The notes under the pieces: generated by a model
Seen by the model: the letters and a program-made list of their open reading frames with translations, nothing else
Databases searched by the model: none
What the model was told of the DNA's origin: nothing
Shown here: one piece after another, positions 14,177-29,065 of the stretch
Position numbering within the stretch: the first letter of the stretch is position 1
Layout: each line of letters starts with the position of its first letter
Program-made: the position numbers and the translations under genes
DNA from: Tubiluchus corallicola
Taxonomy: Eukaryota; Animalia; Priapulida
Direction of reading: 5' to 3'
DNA length: 64,000 bases
Assembly (NCBI GenBank): GCA_030141605.1
Contig: JAQGDQ010000021.1
Span: forward strand, 744,001 to 808,000

Positions 14177-14375
14177 TTTGTCACGGGACCAGAGCCTAGC
14201 TATAATTCAAATTTTCCAAGTCAAAGGTGAGACACTGTAGCGGTGTTTTAGCCATGATCGGCATTCCGCTGTAGATAAATCCTTTCTCACATAGGTGAAA
14301 GAGAATGGTAGAACAATGGACCAGTCCCCCATCCATTCGCTGCTCAGGTTTGGTGTTGCATACGGTTATAAGGTT
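14177..14375 (-). mobile_element. 5S-derived SINE-like copy
   Basis: Reverse strand carries ATGCAACACCAAACCTGAGCAGCGAATGGATGGGGAC (5S A/C-box-like), CATGGCTAA and CTCTGGTCCCG, shared with the copies at ~31030 and ~48478. Confidence 0.45.
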
Positions 14376-15483
14376 TTTTGGATCTGTAATCCAAATCTTC
14401 CTAGTTTAAATACCCCATGCTGACTTTCACATTTCCTCTCAGTCGTATATTAAACCTTTTTAAAGCGCAAGAAAACATTCTTCGTACATAATTAAAGCTT
14501 AAAAAAATTCGTCTTGAAATTTTATATCCCTTACATACTGTCTTACACACAGGGCTTGGTTAATAAAACTTGTGTATTTAAACTTCCGCGATGACTGTTA
14601 GGCTAGCCATTTCAATGGTAAATTGTTTGAAACAAGTGTAGATAACATTGTGTAAAGTTTCAAAAAATAATCAAAACATTCGTAGCACAGTCTTCATTAA
14701 TTAAGCAAAAGTTTGAATTCCTTTATATTGTTAACAAGATCATTAGTGTATTTTTTGGTGAATCAGTGGTGCTCACTGGAATGGTAATTTAGTGCTGTTT
14801 TACCAGATCCGGAATATTTTAAATTATTAAGAATTATCTTTTTCAGTTATATAAGTTTTTCAAATAGATGAGCGTTATGCTAAGTAGTATAACTTTGTAT
14901 GGAAATTCTTTGAGATATGCTTTAAAAATCTATTTTCATTCCCTGTTAATAATTCTGCGTTTATTTCACTGCGCTAAAATTATACCCATGTTTTCGCGAG
15001 TGCAAAGTCTAATTTCGTTTAGCTTGTTTCTTGCTTTTTGGGCCTATTGCTGATGTTTGTTAGCAAGTCTTATGGGTGCCGTGACAGGTCTGTGGTCATT
15101 AGATTGTTGCACTAGTCAAGAAAAGCGCGTGTTTTGGATCCGTGGTTGTCTTATAGCGAGAGGTCTCCAATACACGAGGACACCACTCACCAATACTGAA
15201 AGCGTCATGGCAAATTCGCTTGCACAGAAGCTGATTTTGTCGGTCAATTCTCGGTCAGTTATTGATTTCATGTAAAGCAACCAACAGTTCATTGCCTTTT
15301 ATTATGTGAATGTGTGCTCGCCTCTTTTCTAATGCTAGCTTGCTGCACAATGGATAAATCACGTTATGCGCTTACATTAATAAATCCTATGCCAGTGCAT
15401 TATCATATACATAATATATGAGGTGCCCTGTATGTGGCTAGTTTAAAGCTTAACTGGTTTTGTAAAACACAATAGGCCACAGG

Positions 15484-15515
15484 CGCCGGGCCGGGCCGGG
15501 CCGGGCCCAGGGCCT
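15484..15515. repeat. (CCGGG)n GC-rich short repeat
   Basis: CGCCGGGCCGGGCCGGGCCGGGCCCAGGGCC in AT-rich context. Confidence 0.85.
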
Positions 15516-16249
15516 ACGAAAAATGGGAGTTTAAAACAAGTCAGGAACACTGGGCGTAAACGTTGCACGTATTCTACATCCACATATTTCACAAATTTGT
15601 GAAAAGAGGAATTGTCAGCGTAATTTCTATTCTTTTTATGCTTGTACGCTAACCTTTATCGGTTTGCCTAGGGTTGGTTGACTTGTGTCGCCACCTGTTG
15701 AACTAACTGTTTACCTAAAAGAAGCGTGCGTAAGTTACTGTGCCGTTATGGTGTGTATACTAGGAAAGAATGACGTTTCTGCTCTTTATTTCTCACAGTA
15801 CGGTATAACAGTTCGATTTGCCATTATGTGAAACATTTCTTAATCAACAAAGCCACTAACTGTTTGCTGTTCCTAGTAATCAAGCTTAATCAAGCTTAAT
15901 TAAAACCACTTAACTGATTTTACGCTGTGCATCGCTTTTGCTGTAGCCAGGCTAGTTGATTAAACGGCTGATAAGTCAAGGCTTCATTCATGTACAACCA
16001 AAGGAATCCTGTCTCCAATCAAGCGGCACGCGGGACTAGATGTCCATTTTGCTAACATGGCCTAATTTCGTCTCTCGCCGCGCATTAATTATTTAGTAAC
16101 CACCAGACGATCAAATTTCCGCTTGCTGTGGGTTTTAATGGCGCTTATAATAAGGTATAATAGCAGAAACACTCTCAGTCTTGTAGGCCAAACCAGACGG
16201 ACAGAATTATATGCCGTGCTTAACTGGTAATTGAGGTAAACAGCGTCGT

Positions 16250-16409
16250 TGATGATGATGACGACGACGACGACGACGACGACGATAATAATGATGACAA
16301 TAATGGTAACAACGATGACGATAATAATGTTGATGAAGAAGATGATGATGATGGTGATGATGAGGACGACGGCGACGACAACTACGATGTTGATGATGAT
16401 GATGATGTT
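16250..16409. repeat. Compound trinucleotide repeat (GAT/GAC/AAT)n
   Basis: In-register runs of GAT, GAC, AAT, GAA. Confidence 0.95.
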
Positions 16410-18839
16410 GTGTGTTTCAGTGCGCAAAGATGATGATGGCTTGATTAAGAATGGCACATAGACTTATACACTGCCTGATCTGATGATTTATGCGTACAGC
16501 CTGTCACAGCTGATATATTTGCAACGTTTTAAATTGGGTGCGGCTGCGGAGATATTTTGTTGACAATTATTCGACCTGCTTCGCCTAAGGTTATTGTTAT
16601 AATGCTTGTAAGCATGTTCTGGTAAAACCGTTTATGTGTACCTCGATTGCACCACAGTTCCTCATTCTAACTGTGCCGCATATACGCGATGCAAACATGC
16701 TCCACTTGGGCTGTTGGCACACCACATATGATTATTTGTTTACGTGATGGCAAGGGATGGTCATAATGTGGGTGTTTGTTTGGTCTTTTGTTTAACATCA
16801 TTCTACACTGTGCTACAAAAAACAAAAGTACGAATTTTTTATATAAAATTTGTAGAAAAAAAATCCAGGTTATAATAAGACTTAAGTTATGCTGCCTTTT
16901 AAAAAAATTAAAATTGTTTTTTTAAAATAAACAAACTGTTTAAAACATTGATAGTGACTAAGCATAAAAATACAACCAAAACTGAAACGTTATTGGATTA
17001 AATAATTTAATATAATCAAAAGTCTGCATTTTAACAGCATTAGTCACATGTGTTGGGCAAAACAATTATGGCCGAAGTAGAAATTGAAGCCAAGCCAATC
17101 CTATTTATTTATAATTAGAATAATAAATGACATACTGCAAAAATGATCCGGTACAATCGAAAATCCGGTAAACACCTAAATTACTTTAGTGTGCATAAGT
17201 CAAGTATTGGTAAGTGTGTATTTACCCGTCTCTGATCTTAGAACCACTCCTCAATAAATGTCCGAATTTGCAGGCGATTTTTTCTGGTCAAACGTAAATG
17301 TTTAAAAATGATGGTCTGGATAATGACATTCTGATGGGTAGCTTTTTTGTAAATCGTGGCACATTGACCATTAATTAACCCACGGTAGATTCCTTCTGGC
17401 AGATTCCTTCTGCAACAGGTCTAATTTTCTGTCTAATGACCCATTAGAGAAAATTAAAACATGCTATATTTAAGATAATATTTTTCCCATATTGCTTTGC
17501 TCGTTTACGCTAACCTACAGTCTTTTTTGTTTTAATAGAAGTTTTTTACCTAGCGTTTGACGTCATTGATAAAACAAACATTGTTACATTAAACAGGTAA
17601 GTCCTTCTGTCCTAATGGACTATTTTGTTTTTCTTCTTTACAAATATGAATGTAACACTGTGAATCTTTTTCTGACCAAAATAAATATATGCTTAAAACA
17701 AATCGAGGATCTAGAATATCAACTGCTGCATCGCTGACTATTACTTTTCCCACGATTATACACCTACTTGCAGTGAGTCGCATCAATTAATACTGAGAGC
17801 ATCACCGTCACTAAAAGAGGAAAGAGGGGACGCTGGTTATTGGGACTGATGTCAGTGATGTGATAAACTGTGATAAAATGTTTAGATACAGGTATTACAG
17901 AAAATTGCCATACATCAAACCAATCCTATTCAATGAAGCACACGGGCATCGTAAGAAGGGTCATTTAAGCCTGCAAGAAATTATTTTAGTCTTGCAGTCA
18001 TCATGTACTGAGTCACCCACTTGCAAAAATCTATATTTATAAGCAGTGCCTTCACACACCTGTTTCGCTTTTTCGCTTCTGTTCCCCTCTCCACCCGCGT
18101 TAATAAATCCGCCTCTTTGCATAGACCCACGCTACTTGTGAGGTTTCCATGTCATTCACGTTAAATACTTGATGATACTCTTCACACCAATGCATCTTTG
18201 TCCGAAATGTGGACAAAAATGGCTAAAGTACTTTGATTTTTGTCTGGCAAAATGTCCCAAGGCAGCGAAAGGGCGATTACCGTGGGATTAATCGCATATC
18301 CTCAGCCCCATTTGAAGAAAGGGAGTCTTTTCAGTAAGCCACCCAGGCTCTTGAAATCAGAAAATAGATTCTGTGTCATACTGAGCCTTATTAACCTGTG
18401 TTTTATCTGAAGTGAATAGCTGCGATTTGGAGCTGCTAACGGTTACTATTAGGCCTACTATTCTAGCCATGATGTTAAAAAATATTTTCTAGCCCTGTTT
18501 AAAGTGTTTTTGAGCTTGATGTTTTTTGGCCGAAGAGCTGACCAGTGTTTATACTGTTAAAGTAATGAAGAAGTGCTATCTTTTGCTTTTTCTATTATTT
18601 TAATAATATTCCCAGGGAAGATATCATCCGTGTTGTTTTCTATCACGGGTAACAGCAGCAGCAACAGTAGCTTTTACAATCGTTTGTACCCTGCTAAAAA
18701 TAATAGAAAACATTTTCCTGAACGTATTACATAAAAACGCAGTTAAAGCTAAAGTAATTTTCTATCCACGATAAAATTTCCACAATTTCTGCAAGAATGC
18801 CAAGGTCGTGTAACAAGCATTATAAGTTGATAGTGTAAA

Positions 18840-18935
18840 AACAAACGCACACATACGCGCAACGCACGTATGCAAGCACCCACCCTCGCACAAACACACA
18901 CACACACACCCTCTCACACGCATGCACGCGGGCGC
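18840..18935. repeat. Degenerate (CA)n/(CACG)n microsatellite
   Basis: ACACACACACAC core flanked by CACG/CGCA variants. Confidence 0.75.
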
Positions 18936-21900
18936 ATTCTTTCTCCGGGATATTCAACGTGACGTAGTATTATTACGGTATTATCATCGTTTTTATCTTA
19001 CACGTGCTCTTTTACATGCACGTCAAATTTCGTCCCGAATTTTTGGGATCAAATAAATAACGGCACGCTTTTGGGCTTTTGCTAGGAGCGTTATCAGAGC
19101 AATCTGACGGAGTTATCAGGCAGGTAACGCTCTTAAAACGCAATAGTTTAAGCTGAAAAAAGAGGGCCAGTGGAAACTTCATTGGCCGTCTTTATTATTG
19201 CAAACAGTGAGGTTACCGTCAAGGAAATGGAAACTAAGTTTTATATTGTTATAACAGGTCTGTGAAGATGTGGATAGGAGTTATAGATGGAGGAAGGCGA
19301 TGAGTATGATTTTAACAGGCTAATCTCGTGCACATTACTCTCAATTTGTTTTTCTCAATCGCGAAAAAATAAAGTGCAGAGCTTTTTTATTTAGCAGTCA
19401 TTTTTAACCTAGTAGTTAAAAAGCAAAACCGGACCGAATCTTAAACTGTAGGTAAAAAGCAAAGTACTCTTTAAAATATTGAAAGGATACATACTATTCT
19501 TTTCAAAAATGACATGAATTATTACTTCGCGTTCGCGTCACTAGTTCTTCGCTGTTACATGCATTTCGCCATTCGCTAGTTAAGACGGGCACTAGCGCCT
19601 GCATTTCGGAAACGCATTGCACAAAAAACAGTAGTCGTACTTCTCAGTTCAGATGTGTTAGTTTGTGACGAACTACAGACGTTCGACAGCCCATGCGTGA
19701 GTAGGTGCAAAGGTAAATTTGAAAGTTGAAATTTTGTCATAAAACTTGCATAGTTTTTGTGCAAGACACTGAATATTACAGTTGGAATATTTTTACTGTT
19801 GAATATTACACTGGAATAATTTTACCGTTGAAAATTATGTTAGCTTGTGATGTGATTAACAATTCGGTTTGCCTGCCATTAATTAAGTTTTTAATCTATT
19901 ATTTAGTTATCAGAAACACTTTTGCAGTATTAATTGTGTTAAAATGTATACTTTTTATCGGACTTGAAAATGGGTTAGTATACGAAAAGTATCCTGTCTT
20001 CCTTTAACTGGTTTACAAGTGACATGTATTTATATTATAATGGCTGCCTAACCGGCACGATTATTAATTATACGAAAAAATCCAGCGTTTTTGGTTTATT
20101 GTTTAATCGACGATGTTTCTGACATAACATTTGTTTTCAACGCCATCTGGATAGACACCACAAAGTGTTTAGTGTAAATCAGCGGAACTGACAGCCCCAT
20201 AATAGTTTAATGGTGAATTTTAAGCTATAGTCATGTTTACTTTAGGCAAATGCCTCATTTCCCATGCTTATAGGCACTCAACTAAAGCCTCTCTTCGCAT
20301 CCCTTGTGCAAATTTTAACAGGATTTTCCAACCAAATGACGTATTGACTGCAAGAAACTGGTTCCACGACGTGTTTTCTTGGAGGTTAAATTGCAGTTTT
20401 TTGCCAAGTTCTTTTGAATTAGCATCAGTTGCCGTGGGAATGGGTAAATAATAAAGATATACTTTGGCTGTCACTGACTGCGTTACGTATTTTTAATTAT
20501 GTGTAAAATAATGCGTGCTTTTTAATGTTTAATGTTGTGAATAACAATCATAAGTACACTGCTTTGTTTTAACCATGATACAATTTGGCGTAATTTGTGT
20601 TAGTACTTGAGTTTCTCCAGCTGCCACTTAACACTTTAATTACAGTATCATTATTAAATGTTTCTTTTTCCACGTACATTTTGCAGCGTGCTATTATATA
20701 CATAGTAGCTATATCAATGATGCGCAGAAGTTGTCACAAAATAAAAGTAGTGGGTTTTGTAGTGGCCCTACTTTCGTACAGTAATTGTAGTTGCAACAAG
20801 TACTTTTTTTAAAACCGGTAGCGCTACTACTTTTCAGGAGAGCAATTATATTTGCAGTGATAATACATTTTAGAAGTGACCCAACATTGGTATTCCTTAA
20901 CTGGGTTTCACGTATTGGTTTTTACTGTTTATATTGTCTTGGAATAATGCCTTGTGTAATCTTGGCTTGTGCAATTATATTGAAATAATGCCGTCGGTTT
21001 ATTGTCTGTTCGAGGGAAGTTACTATCTATACTGAGTTAAAAAAGACTATCCTTAATAATAAGTCCCGACAATCCATCAATGTAAACCAAGTATTATCAT
21101 GTACCCGCTTTCAGTGTCCCGGGCTACATATAAAATATTATACTCGTGTATGTTACACGTATGAATGTATAATAAATATATAGACATTTTAAGTTTATGG
21201 GAATCTCAATTAATTTGCAAAAAAAACACAATAAGCCTACAGTTTGTATTGTGGCTATGTGCTGTATTATGTAAATGTATGCCAAACTTAGTTCGTTTAT
21301 GCAGTTTTGATCTTGTACCAACAACATAATATATATTTATACATAATAAAAAAAGTAAACAATAAAATTATATAACCGTGTTGACTATGATAGTTTTGCC
21401 TACGACTGTGTGGCATGAATGACAGCAAGAAGCTGAACCTTCAAACAGGTCATACAATTAGAAGTAGATATATAGAATACTAAAATAAAAATGAAATCAT
21501 CTTACAAATTACATAATCTATTTAAAACAATTTACATGAATTACAAAAATTATTATACACAATTAACGCAATTTGCAAATGAAATAAAACACTAAAACAA
21601 AAAACACAAAGTGAGTTATAAATTTACGAAGAGGCCAATTCGTTATTGAACAGCGCCTGGTAAGGTTTATCAATTCAAAGCGATTTATTTTTGGAGATTT
21701 GCCTCACTAATGTATGCACAAATATTATGCCCATACTAGGCGTGTGTTTTGATTTCTATTCAAGCGCGTAATGTGAGCTCTCGAAAAACCATCCAAATTC
21801 ATTTGCGCCAAGTCTCTAAAATAATATTAAAACTGCATATTAAATTTGTCCTAATTCGTTGAAACCGTCTAGATCGATTCGACAGCTATGTTTACGGCTA

Positions 21901-24900
21901 AAACGGGTTAACAGTTAGTTGGGGAGATAGCCAAATGAAGTGTGCAAAGTTATCTGGCGTTTGGCAGCCAGTAGTACAACGAGGGCAACCACTCTACATC
22001 CTACGTGCATAGGCTGTGAGCAGTGCAAATTTAGCTGTCAGATATAATCAAAGCTTTTATGTGAGAATAAGCGTGCTCGTTCAGCCTGCATTTAATTTGA
22101 GATTAGCACTGACGAGGTTAATAACATCTCTTAATTCATAGGAAACTGCTAAAAACATAAATCAAAAGTGATTAAAAAGCGCCATCCACTGTAGCGACCC
22201 AGCAATAGAATCTGAGAGGAGCTGTGCAAAGTCGTGCAAAACTTCATGGGCCCGTTGACCCGTTTGCTAATAGCAAGTCAAGAATCAGGGACCCTAAGCT
22301 TAACCGCTGCTAAGGAAATTGAAACGGTTGGGTTATAGGGCCCGGGTTCCTTTTTGGGGGAGCACTCAGTTTTGAGCACATGTAATCTCGTTCAATCCCC
22401 AGGATACTCTTAGTCGCCCAAACACAGGAGAAAAACACCTGCTAAACACCGTTTACATTAACCTTACCCAGGATACTATTGTCTGGTCTAAAATGCCCAG
22501 GACGTTCGTTAGATATTTATTAGGGCATTTACTCAGTTACCTGGACTTGATTTTGCCAGTGCGATAGCCCTGAAGGTACTCGTCCAGCTAAAGTCAATGC
22601 AAAAACGTGGAATGGTTGGCGGCAATGCAGGCAGGCGAGACATTTGGGCAGTGAGTGAAGCAGTGGTCATACGAATTAATTTTATTTCCGTATGAGCATC
22701 AGTTTAAAATGATACGCTGTGATATTCTAAAAACAAATATAACATCAGAGACTACTGCCACAAACAAGTTTACTGAAGAACAAACATCGACTTGGCTTGC
22801 CATTTGCTACTCTGAATGATTGTATCAAATCTGTAGATTGTAGAATGAATGATTGCACTGTAGCTAATATAATGCATGGCTTGTTGGCCATTGGCCTATT
22901 ACCTAGAAGATGTGCAAGAAAGAGGGCTGTACCAGTGTCTGTAGCCGCGTTAACTCACCTCCTCTCCGCGGGGCTAGTTTCATGCCCAGGTGCACTTATG
23001 TGCGCAGTTGCACAAATCGCTCTAAACGCGTAAACCTATACAAAACGATTCTCTTTTCTTTAGGTTGCTTTGCTGTGTAGTAACTGCTGTGACGTGTGGT
23101 CCGTGAAAGAAATGTGGAATGAAATATTGTTAAACACTCGGGGTTCTATGTAAAGATTGCATATTGGTGCTTGTGCTGTAGAATGTGGGTTATTGGTTGT
23201 ACAGGCGTATGTACACTGTAACTAGGTTTTCTCTTGAGTGGAATCGGCTTTTATCTAACAAACTCAAACATAGCAAGATCATCTCTACGTTGGGAATGAC
23301 ATGTGCAAACCTACAGGTGTCACTTTCGGTCCAAATCTAGTTTTGTGGTAATACGCAGGTGATGAGCTTTCTGGATTTTGTAGAGAATTCTTTCTAAAGG
23401 GCGAGGTATAATAAAGAAAAATAGCAAAGCAGTCTCTTCCGATTTTTTTCTAATTGTTCACAAATTAATGTTTTAAGTGCTTCAACTATCACACATTATG
23501 TTTGCCTATTCAAACTTATCTTTATGTGGAGAGGCTTGTATATTGCATATGGATATGGGCTATATAATTTTATGTGTATATACTGTATGCGTGTTGCATA
23601 TGTAGTGCATTGAATCAGTTAATTAAATAGGTGAGTTGATTGAAATAACTGCCTTATTCTAGGAACCTACAATTGTAGCACAATATATTATTATTATATA
23701 AAATTACAGTTAACATATGATTACTGTGATCGATTAGTATACAGCATAGTATACTGCACAGTAGGTTTAAGTTATGCTACAGGGGTCAGTAGGCCCACTT
23801 TATCTTTTTGGGTCACCAAGTTTTCTTTTTCATGATCACATACCGCAGTGGTACGGTAGCCTAAAACAGGCAAGGTTATTGATGTTTTGTTTCATAAATA
23901 CAGGCAAACTCTTTATATCACCTACTTAGAGACTGCAAAAAATTGGAATTAAACGAATTTCACTTTGGTATTTTAACGAGGTGCCTATAACAAGTCGATA
24001 CAAATATATACATTTTGCTTTGCCAAAAATATGGACGTTAAGCGAAGTTGGCATTAATTGTAAAGAGGGCGTTATAACAAGGTTTGACTATAGTCCTAAT
24101 AATCCAATAAACTATAGAACCAAAAAAGTGGCTACACAGTGAATATATTTGTCGATCTGAAAAAGCATATAACCTATAAATTTCACGTTTTTATAGTCCT
24201 TTACGTTAATTGGACTCTGCTTCTTTTGTCAAATCGCTATGATTTTGAAGGCTTACTGTATTGGAGAGTATGGATTTGGTGCCCCTCGGGTATAAATTGG
24301 AGTAACCACGTTTACTAGAATTTTTATTATATTGCTGACTAAATTTGGTAAAAGACAAACTAAATATTGACACTTGAAAGTTAAAATTAAATGACCGCTT
24401 CATTAAACCGTTATGCAAATGTTTCATCAGCGACTTTTTTGCTGTCCGTCAGTCAGTTATTGCAGAAAATTGCTGAGACGGAATTTAGTTTTAATTTCTG
24501 CAAATCAATGATAGTGCAGTTTGTAAAATCGACTGCTCTGTTAGCCTCTGTACGTGCAGTGGGTGCACTTGGTAAGCAGGTTCTTTGAAATTAAAGTTGT
24601 GTTTTATGTACGATGGTCACGTATTTCTCGAATACAAGCTGCCTATAGAATTTCGACCAAACAACAGCAGCACCGCAAGTACACTTATTCGAGCATATAG
24701 AATTCTAACATTGGATTAAATCGAACTGAAATCAATTGTAAAAAGAGTTCTGTAAACCAACTAAAGCCTAAGCTTAACCCTTTACATTTTATGCCTAAAT
24801 AGGCAACTATAAGATTAAGATTTGGCTTTCAGGATTCAAGTATTTCAAATGCTTGCTTAGTGACAGATGGCTAACAGATCGGTAACTACATTTAAAACTA

Positions 24901-25340
24901 TTGCAAATCTTCGGTTTTTAACTTTGCGTGTGCACGTGGCATTCTCAAGAATGTTGTTATCTAGAACAGCTCCACCCACTGTGGATTTGCGGTTCAGGTT
25001 TTTAAAAGCATCTTTTCTTTACCTGCTTGTTCCTGTTCAGGTCATTAAGTCAAATGTATCAGGTAACAAACAGGTGTGCTGTATACTGCACCCCATCTGA
25101 AAGTAATTAGGTGTTGAAATATGCTGCCAATTGCTATGCACTGTAAGCTTGATAAATGGTTAATATACGTAAACGTGTGTGTGTGTGCAATTTTTGTACA
25201 CTTTGTTTTAGGTCCATGCATTTCTGCATTTTGCACCTGAGCTTTCTACGGAAGAAATTATTTTAACTGACGTTACTTTATAACAGAAAAGTGAAAAACT
25301 ATTGAAAAAATTGTAACTACTTGTTAGATTTTATATAAAA

Positions 25341-25372
25341 TTTTCGCCCCTGAAAAATAATTTTCGCCCCTG
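25341..25372. repeat. Short direct repeat TTTTCGCCCCTG x2
   Basis: Two copies 20 nt apart. Confidence 0.8.
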
Positions 25373-28300
25373 TCAGTCAAACCACGATAGTAATTTAAAC
25401 GCACAACGCGCCAGAAATCTTGACCAAGAAGTTTATCAAGTTCAGTCACTGGATGTGGCTGTCTCTATTTATAAATGTCAAGGAAAAGCTGAATTTTCAG
25501 AGACAAGATTTATATTTCCCAAGAAAACTGTTGAGAGTGGTGGATATACTGGCCTTACTTTATCTTGTGTCATTTTATCTTGGCATAGAAGAATGTATTC
25601 CACAGAACTTGCGTTAAGAGCGTCCATATATTTGTTCTGGTTATAAACGTTATTCTACTTGCCTTTCCTGTAGTCATCAAGTGTAAAATCGATCATTCAG
25701 TCGAACCCACTCGGCTTGAAAATACTAGCAGCTCAAAGCCTTTCATCATAATCGCGGTAGATTATTGAACAGGAATTATGAACGATTGAAGAGCCTTCGT
25801 CTAATTCTCTCAAGTACTTTGCGCTTCATTTTGGCGTTTATTTTATAACACAGGTTCTATATAACAATAAATTATACGTGTTCCCTCGATTTTATCTTGA
25901 CCTTTTGCGTCTTATAACTTGACCTTTTCTTGAGTGTTTCTTCTAGCATTGATTTTTTGCTTACACGCTTTGCAGTCCAAAAAGGATTACAATGTTTTCG
26001 CTATTGTTAACAGGATCATAATCATAGAAATACGGTTTTGAATGGCTCCGCATTGTACACTGAAACGATTTTGTAATTCGTTTGAGTAAATGTATATTCT
26101 TTGCCATATGAAAATCTTTCCATTTCTTCATGCATGTGACAGATTAAAATTTTATATGTCGGAATGTCGAAATTGATTCTGGATTTTTAAAACTGAATTG
26201 GTGAATTTGTAGAGACCTTGTTCTGGGTTTTCAAGGTTGAATAGTGTCTGTAGGTTTTAAAGTTGTAAGCTGGAAGCATTTCACAACTCTTGTCACAACG
26301 GCAATAATACCTAATGTAAGCTTTGCGTACTTCCAGCATTTCTATTAAAGACTTATCGATCTTTCTTCTCTGTAATAACTTTCAGAGTGAGTCGGAACAT
26401 TAAAAGCATTCCTGCTAGTTCATCTACTATAATACCTGTGAGCCTTTACAGGTAATCACTAGTTGCCTGGCGGTGATTAAGATTCTGAGACTCGGTTTAG
26501 TTAAAAAGCTGATTGTTCAGGAAACTCACCTTCAACATCAAGTAATGATGGATGAAATTCTATTTGAGAAATAGAAACAAGGTGTCTTGACACGTGAGTG
26601 GAATGAAGGTTGAACTATAAGTGCAGTTTAATTAACGTTGATTTTAAATTGAACTGTATTTTTAAATTAGCGCCAAGAGGTCAACAGTAAACTTGCAGCT
26701 ACTCTTAGGCGTTACACTTCTGCACCCGTTTACATGTTATTTAATGAATCTAATATAATTTTTGTAGTACACTGCTTGTTATGAGCCTGTTAAAACAGTT
26801 TTTTTGCGACAGCTACCCATTGACCTACAATATTCAGCGCATAATATGGGGGCACAATGCTGGTGAACGTGACGATCCTGTTTAATTTTATATGAATACA
26901 CGTATGAAGGGTGGCTGTAGTGGGGTGAATAGGTAGCGATTTCTGGAAGATTATGTCATCATGTGGACGTGCTTGCGTTATCATTTCTTAAGTCGTTCTT
27001 CTTCTGATGCTGCTGTTTTAAATTGTAGCAATATTTGTGACCCGCAAATATTTTTATAATATTGTTTTGATGATATATTATGTCAACAGCCGTTCAGTTT
27101 TCATTGATTTTTTTATTTTAAACAGTTTATTTGGCTTGAATCAAATAGATCATTATAACTCGGACAGAGATTTTGTGCAATTTACAATGCATAAATAAGG
27201 TACAATTTAAGATTTACATTTGAAATTAACATGGATTAGTATAATACCGTATCGTTAAAAATAACAAAACGTGACTGCCCATCATAGACTAGTTCTTAAT
27301 ATATTAAGCACAGTATGTACAATATTAAAAAAAATGAACAGTTAATAAATAAGATATTGTCTCAGAAGATTAGTTTAAAATTATCAATTTTGAATACACG
27401 ATGTGCAAATAATAAAATTCCATACACACTGAAAGATTACACAATTCATCTCATAGCTTAAGATTGCGTTCCCACGTAGAAGATTTGTAATATCAATACC
27501 TGACAATTCGTAAAACATTGATATTATTAGAGGCCGATATTTCCTTGATTTTGTCATATATCAGTGCCATAGGTAGGTTAAAAGAGGTCATTTTAATAAA
27601 ACATCTTTATGTGGCTTAAAAGGAAAGTCACACCCACCTGTAATCTGGTAGGACACTAATCACTATTAACACAACCCCTAGAAAATAAGTCAAAATTCAG
27701 CTGATTAAATCTAAGATGCATGCGTGTGTGATGGATTGAAGCCGGCCGTTTGCCATACGAGCAATGTCTATGATGTGCATAGACGTATGTTTTGCAGTTC
27801 CTTTTTAAATACCGACGGACACGTCAGCTCACTCAGTTATGCAGGTAAAGCATTTCAGCAATGTATAGATGCCCCTCAAAAAATTTTCTCACACGCAGTT
27901 GATCTAACTTCAACGTTTTTGTAATTATCACCATTTATAGAGACTTAAACATAGAAACTCGTTGTTGTTGTTGCTGTTGTTTTCTCCGTATAGACTAATT
28001 TTAGCGTGTGTCCGACTGTCCGCCCGTAGTCGCGTTTTCATTTTTAGTGTTTCTCTTCAAACACATTTCGACTTGCCAGTCACGAAGATACACAGAGATA
28101 ACTGAGAGGTTTTTCAGATCTTTCCCTTTTTGCTTTCGTATGACATTTTTATTAATTTCACACATTTGTGCATTTGCGCTCCGTATAAAGTGACATGTAG
28201 TCTTGGTTTGATAAATTTTGTGCGTAACCAGTATTTTAAGTGTTTTTGCAATACTTACTGTTATGTTTTTGGGATACACTACTTACTATTACGTTTTTAA

Positions 28301-29065
28301 AATACAATTGTAGTGCACTAGATTCAGCGTGTGTAAAAAATGGCTGACTCGAAAATGTTGCAGAAGACAGAAACATTTTCTTACTGAACTGAGGAGTAGC
28401 CTGGAGGAAGTGCCACTCGCAAAAGACCACAAAATCCCCGCACAATTTTTTCCACATTTTTTATACAATTGAATCACAATTTGTACTTTTAGAGAAGTGT
28501 CACTCTGTCAATAGTCTCTCATGTTGATTACGTGTGCCCGTCAGATTAGTGACTTCAGCTATTTATTTATACAAGGTTAACCTGCAAAGGTGTTAGGTTT
28601 GTCTACAAATTCCAGGTAAATGCCGAATTGTAAGATTAGTGGCGGATAACTATCCTCGCGCAGATTGAAGTCTGGGTGTCGGATTACCGGAACGTGTTCG
28701 AGTATACGTCCGGTGATGTTCCGATTCATAACTATGTGTCTTCGCACGTTCTGTTGTTATTGTCGGTTCTGCTAGAATGTGTAGTACGTGCCGATGATAA
28801 TGTGAACAGGATGATATATCTGTATAGGCGTACACTTGTGTTTATTGGCATAGCATGTCGCAGCACAGGATTAAAATATTCAAATGGAAACTGTACAGAT
28901 AATACAATTGGATAATGTGGGCGATCTGGTAAAATAATTGCATTACGAAACCGGTTTGACATTATGGCTGGACACATTTTTGATGGATTAATGAAGATCA
29001 TCGTGAGATATCTGCCACATTCGTTAAATCAGTATGGTATCAATCACGTAGTACTATAACAGCTA

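Noticed and set aside
16089-16461. Poly-I/V and poly-M/T ORFs
   Set aside because: These are translations of a trinucleotide repeat with no splice or homology support.
26150-27620. Possible decayed LINE remnants (also ~21300-21870 and 45300-46500)
   Set aside because: Composition is suggestive, but I could read no RT or endonuclease motif, so the call is unsupported without a search.
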